Origin: Gemmatimonadota bacterium
GTDB lineage: Bacteria > Gemmatimonadota > Gemmatimonadetes > Longimicrobiales > RSA9
DNA length: 22,791 nucleotides
Reading direction: 5' to 3'
Assembly (NCBI GenBank): GCA_040905425.1
Contig: JBBDRO010000018.1
Coordinates: 2,842-25,632, forward strand
The position numbers were made by a program, and so were the translations under genes. Positions 9,179-17,085 of the stretch are shown piece by piece (position 1 is the stretch's first letter; every line of letters starts with the position of its first letter). The notes beneath the pieces are model-generated. The model was not told where the DNA came from and did not search any database. It was given only the letters and a program-made list of their open reading frames with translations.

Positions 9179-10138
9179 ATGAGCGCGCGGGGGGGGCCGG
9201 CGGAGGACCTGGCTGGCGGCATGCGTGCGGCGGCCCGTGCGGCCGGCCCGGTGGCCGGGACCATGCGCGCTGGGCGGTGCGGGGCCAGCCCGGTGGCCGG
9301 CGCTGTGGTGCTGGCGGGCGGGCGCGGCACGCGCATGGCGGGCGGCGCTGCGGGGGCCGGCGCGGGGGCGGGAGCGGGGGCGGCGGCCGGCGCGGGGGCG
9401 GAGCTCTCCGCCGCACAGCGGGCGGCCGCCGCCACCGGGCTCAAGGGGCTGGTGCCGGTGGCCGGCCGCCCCTTCCTGGAGCACGTCCTGGAGGCGCTGG
9501 CCGCGGCCGGCGTGGGTGAGGTCTGCGTGGTGCTCGGCCCGCACGGCGGCCCGCTCCGGGATCATCTCCAGCGCTGGAGCAGCGCGCCGCTGTCCATTGC
9601 CTACGCCCTCCAGCCCGCGCCGCGCGGCTCCGCGGACGCGCTGCTGGCCGCCGAGACGTGGGCGGCCGGGCGGCCCTGCCTGGTGGTGAATGCCGACAAC
9701 CTCTACCCGCCCGCCGCCGTCCGCCCCCTGCTGGAGACCACCGGCCACGCCCTGGCCGGCTTCGAGCCCGCGGCGCTCGTGGCCGGCGGCAACATCCCGC
9801 CCGAGCGGGTGGCCGCCTTCGCGCTGGTGCGCGCCGACGCGGACGGCCGTCTGGTGGAGATCGTGGAGAAGCCGGACGCGGTTGCGCGCGCCCGCCTGGG
9901 GGAGGGCGCGCGCGTGAGCATGACGTGCTGGCGCTTCGAGCCGTCCATATTCGACGCCTGCCGCGCGGTGCGCCCCTCGCCGCGCGGGGAGCTGGAGCTG
10001 CCCGACGCGGTGCGCCTGCTGGTGGCGCGCGGCGAGGTGGTGCGGGTACTGCCCGTGGCGGAGCCCGTGCTGGATCTGACGGGGCCGGAGGACATTGCCG
10101 CGGTGGAGCGCTGGTTGGGTGGCGGTGCGCGGGGCTGA
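9179..10138 (+). CDS. Sugar-1-phosphate nucleotidyltransferase (NTP_transferase family, RmlA/GalU-like)
   Basis: VVLAGGRGTRM, K..VPVAGRPFL, QPAPRGSADAL, VNADNLY, IVEKP and SPRGELELPDA. The start is uncertain: in-frame ATGs at 9179, 9221 and 9263. Confidence 0.85.
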   Translation: MSARGGPAEDLAGGMRAAARAAGPVAGTMRAGRCGASPVAGAVVLAGGRGTRMAGGAAGAGAGAGAGAAAGAGAELSAAQRAAAATGLKGLVPVAGRPFLEHVLEALAAAGVGEVCVVLGPHGGPLRDHLQRWSSAPLSIAYALQPAPRGSADALLAAETWAAGRPCLVVNADNLYPPAAVRPLLETTGHALAGFEPAALVAGGNIPPERVAAFALVRADADGRLVEIVEKPDAVARARLGEGARVSMTCWRFEPSIFDACRAVRPSPRGELELPDAVRLLVARGEVVRVLPVAEPVLDLTGPEDIAAVERWLGGGARG

Positions 10139-11525
10139 GGCGCTGCGCGCGCGGGCGCGGCGCACGCTCGGGCTGGAGGGCGGCGCCGCCCCGCCGGGTG
10201 CCACCGGCCGGGAGGCCGCCTGGTACGTGCCCGGCCGCATCGAGGTCTTCGGCAAGCACACCGACTACGGCGGCGGGCGGAGCCTGCTGGCGGCGGTGGA
10301 GCGCGGGGTGGTGGCGGTGGCGGTGCCGGCCGTGGGGCGGACGGTGGAGGTGGTGGCGGCGGCTGCCGGTGGCGCAGGGCGGGCCGGGATGGAGGCAGCT
10401 GCCGGCCAGCGGCTGACGCTGCCGCTCGACCCGCCGTCGGGCGCCGAGGTGCCGCCCGGCGAGCCGCCCTGGAGCGTCTACGCCCGGGCGGTGGTGCGCC
10501 GCGCCGTGCGCGACTTCCCGGACGCCGCGGCGGGGGCGCGCGTGGCCTTTGCCGGCGACCTGCCGCTGGCGGCCGGGCTGAGCAGCTCGAGCGCGCTCGT
10601 GGTGGCGCTGTGGTCCGCGCTGGCCGACGTGTGGGGGCTGGGGGAGGAGCCGTCCGCGGCGCAGCGGTTCGGGGCGGACGAGGCGGCGGGCGGGCGGCAG
10701 GCGGCCGGGCAGCCGGCCAGCGACCCGGTGGCGCGCGCCGCCTACCTGGGCGCCGTGGAAACCGGTGCGTCGTGGGGCCCCTTCGCGGGCGAGGCGGGCG
10801 TGGGCGTCCACGGTGGCAGCGAGGACCACGCCGCGGTGGTGCTGTGCCGCGCCGCTCACCTGCTGCAATGCGCCTTCGTGCCCCTCCGACCGGAGGGCCA
10901 CGTGCGGCTGCCGGATGGCTGGCGCTTCGTGGTGGCGGCCAGCGGGGTGCGCGCGGAGAAGACGGGGGGCGCGCGCGCCGCGTACAACCGGCTGGCGGCG
11001 GAGCTCGCGGCGGTGGGGGCGGCGTGGCGCACGGCGGGCGGGCGCTCTGCCACGGCGGGCGGCGCGCTGCTTCAGGAGGGCGCCAGCGCGGAGCGGCTCG
11101 TGGCCGCCGCGCGCCGGCACGCGCCGGCCGGGTGGGACGCCGCAGCCCTGGCCCGGCGCGCGGCGCAGTTCGCGGCCGAGACGCTGGAGTTGATTCCCGC
11201 CGCCACCGCCGCCCTCCGCGCCGGGGACAGCGCGGCGTTCGGCGGCGCCGCCGCGCGCTCCGCCGAGCTGGGCGCCGCGGCGCTCGGCAACCAGCTGCCG
11301 GAGACGCTGCACCTCACCGCCAGTGCCCGGCGCCTGGGCGCGGCGGCCTCCTCTCCGTTCGGGGCGGGCTTCGGCGGGTCGGTGTGGGCGCTGGTGAACG
11401 ACGGGGAGGCGGACGCGTTCGCGCGCGCGTGGCGGGCGGACTACGAAGGCGGCTTTCCAGAATGTGCGGCGGAGGCGGCGTTCTTTGTGACGGGGGCGGC
11501 GGACGGGGCGCGGCGGCTGGGGTGA
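10119..11525 (+). CDS. Galactokinase-like GHMP family sugar kinase
   Basis: PGRIEVFGKHTDYGGG (GalK sugar-binding signature), LPLAAGLSSSSA (GHMP ATP-binding loop), GGSEDH and GAGFGGSV. Start is GTG at 10119 or 10125, overlapping the upstream gene. Confidence 0.85.
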   Translation: MAVRGAEALRARARRTLGLEGGAAPPGATGREAAWYVPGRIEVFGKHTDYGGGRSLLAAVERGVVAVAVPAVGRTVEVVAAAAGGAGRAGMEAAAGQRLTLPLDPPSGAEVPPGEPPWSVYARAVVRRAVRDFPDAAAGARVAFAGDLPLAAGLSSSSALVVALWSALADVWGLGEEPSAAQRFGADEAAGGRQAAGQPASDPVARAAYLGAVETGASWGPFAGEAGVGVHGGSEDHAAVVLCRAAHLLQCAFVPLRPEGHVRLPDGWRFVVAASGVRAEKTGGARAAYNRLAAELAAVGAAWRTAGGRSATAGGALLQEGASAERLVAAARRHAPAGWDAAALARRAAQFAAETLELIPAATAALRAGDSAAFGGAAARSAELGAAALGNQLPETLHLTASARRLGAAASSPFGAGFGGSVWALVNDGEADAFARAWRADYEGGFPECAAEAAFFVTGAADGARRLG

Positions 11526-11579
11526 GGGTTTCGGCGTGCGGGGGGCGCAGGGGCGCGCGCGGGGGCGATCGGGCGCCGA

Positions 11580-11611
11580 GGTGCGGAGGTGCGACGGTGC
11601 GACGGTGCGAC
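11580..11611. repeat. 8-bp microsatellite (GGTGCGAC-like) x4
   Basis: ggtgcgga ggtgcgac ggtgcgac ggtgcgac read directly from the sequence. Confidence 0.75.
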
Positions 11612-11662
11612 GGCGGCCATCGGCGGAGTTAGGCGGCCGGCGGCGGCCGGTAGGCGGCGGAG

Positions 11663-11843
11663 ATTGTCATCAGAGCCGCACGCGCAGGGGTCGCGCGCAG
11701 CCGTTGCGGCATGGATGGCAATAATTGCGGCCAAACGTGCACGCGTCGTGGCGGCGGTGGCGCTGCTGCGTTTAGTGGCAAATAGTGCTACTGAACCCGC
11801 ACGGAGCGAACGAGACCCCTGCGCGTGCGGGTTTGATCACACT
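11663..11843. repeat. Array of three ~60-bp units with imperfect inverted ends, enclosed by a 27-bp inverted repeat
   Basis: 11669-11695 matches the reverse complement of 11811-11837 at 24/27 positions. Units lie at 11663-11722, 11724-11783 and 11784-11843. Confidence 0.7.
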
Positions 11844-11855
11844 GTGGCGGCCGAA

Positions 11856-11982
11856 CCGTCGCCCTGCCGTTACGGCGCGCCGCCCCTGGCGCCGGCCACG
11901 GCCGTCCGTCGCCCTGCCTTACGGCGCGCCGCCCCTGGCGCCGGCCACGGCCGTCCGCCGCCGTGCCTTGCGGCGCGCCGCC
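11856..11982. repeat. 49-bp tandem direct repeat, ~2.5 copies
   Basis: TTACGGCGCGCCGCCCCTGGCGCCGGCCACGGCCGTCCG starts at 11870 and 11919. A partial third copy (TTGCGGCGCGCCGCC) starts at 11968. Confidence 0.85.
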
Positions 11983-12045
11983 GCTTCCCGCACCGTCAAT
12001 GCGGATCGACCGGCCGCACGTCCGCAGCAGAAAGTGACGCCGCCC

Positions 12046-12378
12046 ATGCTGGCTCATGTCCTGGCCGTGCTCGGCCTTGCCCTCTACGCCTTCGAGGTCT
12101 ACCGGACCGTGCTCCGCTTCGGCGTGAAGCGGCCGGGCATGCTGGGCACGGTGATGCTGTCGGCCCCGCTGCACGTGTTCATGGCGGTGGTCATGGCGGT
12201 GGGCTTCGTGGTCCTGGGCTCCACCCCGCTGCTCCCGGTGCCCGCCTACGTGGCGCCCGTGGGAGTGCTGATCAATCTGGTGTACCTGGTAATGGCGCTG
12301 CGCCACGCCCGCCGGCAGGCGCGGGCACGCGCCGAGCGCTCCGCGCGCTACACGACCCGACCACGCGAGGGAGAGTGA
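12046..12378 (+). CDS. Small integral membrane protein (110 aa, ~3 TM helices, basic tail)
   Basis: MLAHVLAVLGLALYAF, HVFMAVVMAVGFVVLG and GVLINLVYLVMAL. Typical codon usage. The stop lies 1 nt before the GH109 start. Confidence 0.65.
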   Translation: MLAHVLAVLGLALYAFEVYRTVLRFGVKRPGMLGTVMLSAPLHVFMAVVMAVGFVVLGSTPLLPVPAYVAPVGVLINLVYLVMALRHARRQARARAERSARYTTRPREGE

Positions 12379-12379
12379 C

Positions 12380-13801
12380 ATGAGTGGCATCGATCGCAGG
12401 GATTTCATCCGCACGGCCGCGGCCGGCTCGGTGGCGGCGGGCTTCGTGGGTGTGGACGGGGCGGCGGGGAGCACCGGGGACGGCGCGGCGGGGGCCGCGC
12501 GGGCCCGCGCGGCGGACGAGCTGGCGCCGCCGCCCGGACTGCAGGAGCCGCGCGCGGGGCTCTTCAGCGCGCCGCCGCTCGAGACCGTGCGCGTGGGCTT
12601 CGTGGGCGTGGGCCACCAGGGTTCGGCGCACGTGGCCAACTTCCTGCGCATCCCGGGCGTGGAGATCCGCGCCATCTGTGACCTGGTGCCCGCCAAGGTG
12701 GCCCGCATGCAGGCGCGGGTGCGGGAGGCGGGGCAGCCGGAGCCGGCCGGGTACTCGGGCAGCCACGAGGTCTTCCGCGAGCTGTGCGCGCGCGATGACC
12801 TGGACCTGGTCTTCACGGCCACGCCGTGGAACTGGCACGCGCCCGTGCTGCTGGCGGCCATGGAGGCGGGCAAGCACGCCGCCACCGAGGTGCCCATGGC
12901 GCCCACCATCGCGGAGCTGTGGGAGCTGGTGGCCACCGCGGAGCGCACGGAGCGCCACTGCGTGATGATGGAGAACTGCTGCTACGACCGCGCGGAGATG
13001 ATGGTCCTGAATATGGTCCGCCAGGGGCTGTTCGGGGAGCTGCTGCACGCGGAGTGCGGCTACCTGCATGACCTGCGCGAACTCAAGCTCAGCGACTTCT
13101 ACGAGGAGCGCTGGCGCATCGAGCACTCCAAGCGGCGCAACGCGGATCTCTATCCCACGCACGGGCTGGGGCCCGTGGCGCAGTGGCTGAACGTGAACCG
13201 TGGCAACCGTTTTGCCACCGTGGTGTCCATGGCCAGCCCGGGCGTGGGGCTGCAGCGCTGGGCGGCCGAGCACATCGGTCCCGACAGCCCCGCGGCGCGG
13301 CAGCGCTACGCGCTGGGTGACGTGGTGAACACGCTCATCCGCACGGCCACGGGCGCCACCATCCTGCTCACGCACGACACCAATTCGCCGCGCCCCTACA
13401 GCCGCCGCATCCTGCTGCAGGGCGCCAACGGCATCATGCGCAAGTATCCCGAGGCGCTCATCCACCTGGAGGACCGCAGCCGGGCGCACCGGTGGGAGCC
13501 CTTCGAGGACTACCGCGCCGAGTTTGAGCACCCGATCTGGAAGGCGCTCGAGGAGCGTTCACGCGGCGCCGGCCACGGGGGCATGGACTACATCGAGGAC
13601 TACCGGCTGGTGCAGTCCCTGCATGAGGGCGCCCCTATGGACATGGACGTCTACGACGGCGCGGCGCTGTCGGCCATCACGGATCTGAGCGAGCGCTCCA
13701 TCGCGCGGGACAGCGCGCCGGTGCAGGCGCCCGACTTCACGCGCGGGGCGTGGCGCACGCGGCCGCCGCTCGGCATCGTGCAGATCGACGCGCCGGCATG
13801 A
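12380..13801 (+). CDS. Tat-exported Gfo/Idh/MocA-fold glycoside hydrolase family 109 (alpha-N-acetylgalactosaminidase-like)
   Basis: Tat motif DRRDFI. NAD-binding VGFVGVGHQG, plus ATPWNWH, KHAATEVP, MENCCY, YPTHGLGP and GAGHGGMDY, all typical of GH109. Confidence 0.88.
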   Translation: MSGIDRRDFIRTAAAGSVAAGFVGVDGAAGSTGDGAAGAARARAADELAPPPGLQEPRAGLFSAPPLETVRVGFVGVGHQGSAHVANFLRIPGVEIRAICDLVPAKVARMQARVREAGQPEPAGYSGSHEVFRELCARDDLDLVFTATPWNWHAPVLLAAMEAGKHAATEVPMAPTIAELWELVATAERTERHCVMMENCCYDRAEMMVLNMVRQGLFGELLHAECGYLHDLRELKLSDFYEERWRIEHSKRRNADLYPTHGLGPVAQWLNVNRGNRFATVVSMASPGVGLQRWAAEHIGPDSPAARQRYALGDVVNTLIRTATGATILLTHDTNSPRPYSRRILLQGANGIMRKYPEALIHLEDRSRAHRWEPFEDYRAEFEHPIWKALEERSRGAGHGGMDYIEDYRLVQSLHEGAPMDMDVYDGAALSAITDLSERSIARDSAPVQAPDFTRGAWRTRPPLGIVQIDAPA

Positions 13802-13833
13802 GCCTCGTGCACATCGACGCGCCGGCATGAGCC
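13776..13833. repeat. 29-bp tandem duplication spanning the GH109 stop and arfB start
   Basis: TCGTGCAGATCGACGCGCCGGCATGAGCC (13776-13804) and TCGTGCACATCGACGCGCCGGCATGAGCC (13805-13833), one mismatch. Confidence 0.92.
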
Positions 13834-14264
13834 CGGAAGGCGACCTCAAGGTCAACGATCGCCTCACCATCCCGCGGGCCGAGATCGACTTCCGCGCCTC
13901 CCGCTCGGGCGGGCCGGGCGGGCAGCACGCCAACACATCCTCCACCCGCGTGGAGGTGCTCTGGAGCGTGGCCACCTCCGCGGTGCTCGACGAGCGGCAG
14001 CGCGCGCGCATCCTGAAGCGCCTGGAGAACCGCATCAACGCGGACGGCGTGCTGCAGGTGGCCTCCTCGGAGCAGCGCAGCCAGCTGCAGAACCGCGAGG
14101 CCGCCGAGGCGCGCCTGGTCGAGCTGGTGGCGCAGGCGCTGCGCACGCGCAAGCGGCGCAAGCCCACCCGCCCCACCCGCGCCTCCAAGGAGCGGCGCCT
14201 GAAGGAGAAGAAGCACCGCGCCAGGATCAAGGAACAGCGCGGTCGGGTGGAGGGGCCGGAATAG
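13827..14264 (+). CDS. arfB: Alternative ribosome-rescue peptidyl-tRNA hydrolase ArfB (YaeJ)
   Basis: SRSGGPGGQHANTSSTRV (GGQ motif), RSQLQNREAA and the basic tail RKPTRPTRASKERRLKEKKHRARIK. Confidence 0.95.
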   Translation: MSPEGDLKVNDRLTIPRAEIDFRASRSGGPGGQHANTSSTRVEVLWSVATSAVLDERQRARILKRLENRINADGVLQVASSEQRSQLQNREAAEARLVELVAQALRTRKRRKPTRPTRASKERRLKEKKHRARIKEQRGRVEGPE

Positions 14265-14337
14265 CGCGAGCGGCTAGCCCCGCCGCGGGACGGGCGGTGC
14301 GCGGCGCGGCCTGCCGGGCGTCGTCGCTTACAACTGC

Positions 14338-16752
14338 TTACTCGTAGCGGAGCGCCTGCATGGGTTCCACCCGTGTGGCCCGCAGGGCGGGGATGAGGGA
14401 GGCCGCGGTGGCCGCCAGGCCGAGCACCACCAGCACCGTGACGAAGGTGGCGGGATCGCGCGCCTCCACGTCCACCAGCATGACGCGCATGAGGCCCGAG
14501 AGGGGCACCGCCAGCGCCAGGCCCAGCAGCAGCCCCAGCGCCAGCTGGCTCATGCCCTGGCGGAAGACCAGGCGCAGGACGTCCCGCCGCTCGGCGCCCA
14601 GCGCCATGCGCACGCCCAGCTCGCGCGTCCGCTGGCTCACCGAGAAGGCCATCACGCCGTAGAGGCCCACCCCGGCCAGGAAGAGGGCGGCCAGACCGAA
14701 GACGGCAAAGATGGCGCCCACGATGTCGAACTGCCAGTTGTTCTCGCGTATGCCCTCGGACAGGGTGCGCACCCAGTAGAGGGGCAGGTCGCCGTCCAGG
14801 CCCCGCACCGCCCGGCGCACGGCCGGCGTGAAGGAGAGCGGATCGCCGGCGCCGCGCACCATGAGGGTGAGGAAGCGCGGGGGGGTGGCCTCGTGCTCCA
14901 CGGGGAAGAAGACGCCCTGTGGCGTTTCGTTGCTGATGCCGCTCACGTAGACGTCGGGGACCACGCCCACCACGGTGCGCCAGGGCTCCTCCTCGTCGGT
15001 GCCGAAGCGGATGCGCCGCCCCACGGCCTGCCCCTCCAGGTAGTCGCGGGCAAAGGACGCCGTGACCACGGCCACCGGCTGCGTGCCGCGCCGATCCGTG
15101 GGCTCCAGCGTGCGCCCCTCCAGCGGCTGGATGCCGAAGACGCCGAAGTAGTCGCCGCTGGTGGGGATGGCCGGCATGGACGGCGGTCCGAGCGTCTCGT
15201 CATAGCTCTGCCCCTCCACCCGCACGGCGCGCCAGGCGCCCCCCATGCCCGGCATACCGTTGGCCAGCGCCGCGGCCTCCGCGCCGGGGATGGCGGCCAG
15301 GCGCGCGCCCAGTTGCTCCCAGAAGCGGCGGCGCTCCTCCTCGTCCTCCCAGGAGCCGGTGGGCAGGCCCAGGCGCGCGGTGAAGACCTCCGTTTCCACG
15401 CCCATGTCAATGGTGCGCAGGTTCACGATGGTGCGCACCAGCAGCCCCGCGCCCACGAGCAGCCCGCACGAGAGGGCAATTTCCACCACCACCAGGCCCC
15501 GGCTGAGCCTGCCCATGCGAAAGCTCGAGCCGCCGCGTGACTCGTCCTTGAGGATGTCATGGGTGTTGGCGCGGGCGGCCTGCAGCGCCGGGATGACACC
15601 CGCGGCGAAGGTGGCCGTGAGCGTGGCCGCCAGCACGAAGAGCAGGGACGCGCCGTCCAGTTGGAAGGTCAGCCAGAAGGGCGGGCTCGTGTCGGCGACG
15701 GCCGCGGTGAACCAGCGCAGCGCCCCGAAGGCCACCACCAGCCCCAGCGCCGCTCCCGCCAGCGCGATGGCGAACGCCTCCGTGAGGAACTGCAGCACGA
15801 TGCGGCCCTTGCCGGCGCCCATGGCCGTGCGGATGCCCACTTCCTTGCTGCGCAGCGACGCACGGGCAATGAGGATGTTGGCCACGTTGGCGCACGCCAC
15901 GAGCAGCACCATGAGCACCGCGCCCAGCATGGTGTAGAGCACGGCCGACGTCTCACCGCCCATCTGCTGCTCGGTGAAGCGGCGCACCAGCGGCCGCAGC
16001 CCGGCGTTGGTCTCCGGGTAGGCCGCCTCCAGCCGCTCGGTCACCTGCGTGACGGACATCCTGGCCTGGTCCAGGCTGACGTCCTCGCGCAGCCGGGCAA
16101 TGATGTTCAGGCTCGTCCCCTGGCCGCGGGGCAGCTCGGCCGCGCGCAGCGGCAGGGGGACCCACGCCTGCTGCACCACGGGAAAGGCGAAGCCCGGCGG
16201 CAGCACACCCACGATGGTGGCGGGCCCCCCGTTGACGCGCACCGCCCTGCCCAGGACTCCGCGATCGCCCGCGTAGCGGGTCTGCCAGAGATCGTAGCCG
16301 AGCAGCATGCCCGCCTCGGCGCCGGGCGCCATGTCCGCCTCGTTGAAGAGGCGGCCCACCACCGGCTCCACGCCCAGCACGCGGAAGGTGCCGGGGGTCA
16401 TGAAGCCGCCGTCCAGGCGCTCCGGCGCGTCACCGTCAACCAGGTTCAGCGTGCCCGAGTAGTAGGCGCCCATCTCCTCGAAGGCGCGCTGCTCCGCGCG
16501 GATGTCCTCGAAGTCGTGAATGGAGACGCCCGTCTGCGTGATGCCGCGCTCGGGCGCCGTCATGGCAATGTGGACCAGCTCCTCCGGCTGCTCGAAGGGC
16601 AGGCCGCGGAAGAGCGCGCCGTAGACCACGCTGAACATGAAGGTGGAGAGCCCGATCCCCAGCATGAGGGCCACCACCGAAATGGCCGTGCTGCCGGGGT
16701 CCTTGAGCAGCATGCGCGCGCCGAAGCGCAGATCCTGGAAGAAGTTGGCCAT
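14338..16752 (-). CDS. Duplicated MacB/FtsX-type ABC transporter permease (ADOP-like), 804 aa
   Basis: QDLRFGARMLLK, LLVACANVANILIARA..R.KEVGIRTAMGAG, and a second FtsX domain GLYGVMAFSVSQRTRELGVRMALGA ending RATRVEPMQALRYE. Confidence 0.9.
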   Translation of the reverse strand: MANFFQDLRFGARMLLKDPGSTAISVVALMLGIGLSTFMFSVVYGALFRGLPFEQPEELVHIAMTAPERGITQTGVSIHDFEDIRAEQRAFEEMGAYYSGTLNLVDGDAPERLDGGFMTPGTFRVLGVEPVVGRLFNEADMAPGAEAGMLLGYDLWQTRYAGDRGVLGRAVRVNGGPATIVGVLPPGFAFPVVQQAWVPLPLRAAELPRGQGTSLNIIARLREDVSLDQARMSVTQVTERLEAAYPETNAGLRPLVRRFTEQQMGGETSAVLYTMLGAVLMVLLVACANVANILIARASLRSKEVGIRTAMGAGKGRIVLQFLTEAFAIALAGAALGLVVAFGALRWFTAAVADTSPPFWLTFQLDGASLLFVLAATLTATFAAGVIPALQAARANTHDILKDESRGGSSFRMGRLSRGLVVVEIALSCGLLVGAGLLVRTIVNLRTIDMGVETEVFTARLGLPTGSWEDEEERRRFWEQLGARLAAIPGAEAAALANGMPGMGGAWRAVRVEGQSYDETLGPPSMPAIPTSGDYFGVFGIQPLEGRTLEPTDRRGTQPVAVVTASFARDYLEGQAVGRRIRFGTDEEEPWRTVVGVVPDVYVSGISNETPQGVFFPVEHEATPPRFLTLMVRGAGDPLSFTPAVRRAVRGLDGDLPLYWVRTLSEGIRENNWQFDIVGAIFAVFGLAALFLAGVGLYGVMAFSVSQRTRELGVRMALGAERRDVLRLVFRQGMSQLALGLLLGLALAVPLSGLMRVMLVDVEARDPATFVTVLVVLGLAATAASLIPALRATRVEPMQALRYE

Positions 16753-17085
16753 GGAGCCGCGGGTTGGGGGAGGGCCGGCGGCGTGGTCCGGTGCCGGCTG
16801 CGGGGCACTACGGCGGCGGCCCGGGCCAGGTTTCGCTCCGTTTTTAAGCGACGATGCCCGTCAACTCCCCGGGCGCCTGCCGGGTAGCACGCGCGCCCGC
16901 AGCTCCGCGCGGCGGTAGGCACCGTCCTGACAGCCCCTGTAGGGAGGGTGCCGCGATCGCGGCCGCTGCCATGGCATGCGGCGCCCGGGGAGCGCACATT
17001 GGAGTACGGGCGCGATGCGCTCTCAGGGGCTGCGCACCACCGGCCGGTGGCTCAGCGCCGGCCGCCTACTGGAGGGGGGGGAGCT

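Noticed and set aside
10119..11525. Gene symbols galK, rmlA/galU and ahbD for the kinase, transferase and radical SAM protein
   Set aside because: Family membership is clear, but key motifs deviate, so specific symbols are not supported.
17071..17083. G8 run in the cytochrome c RBS as a phase-variation switch
   Set aside because: The run is short, unremarkable in GC-rich DNA and outside the coding sequence. No evidence of length variation is available.
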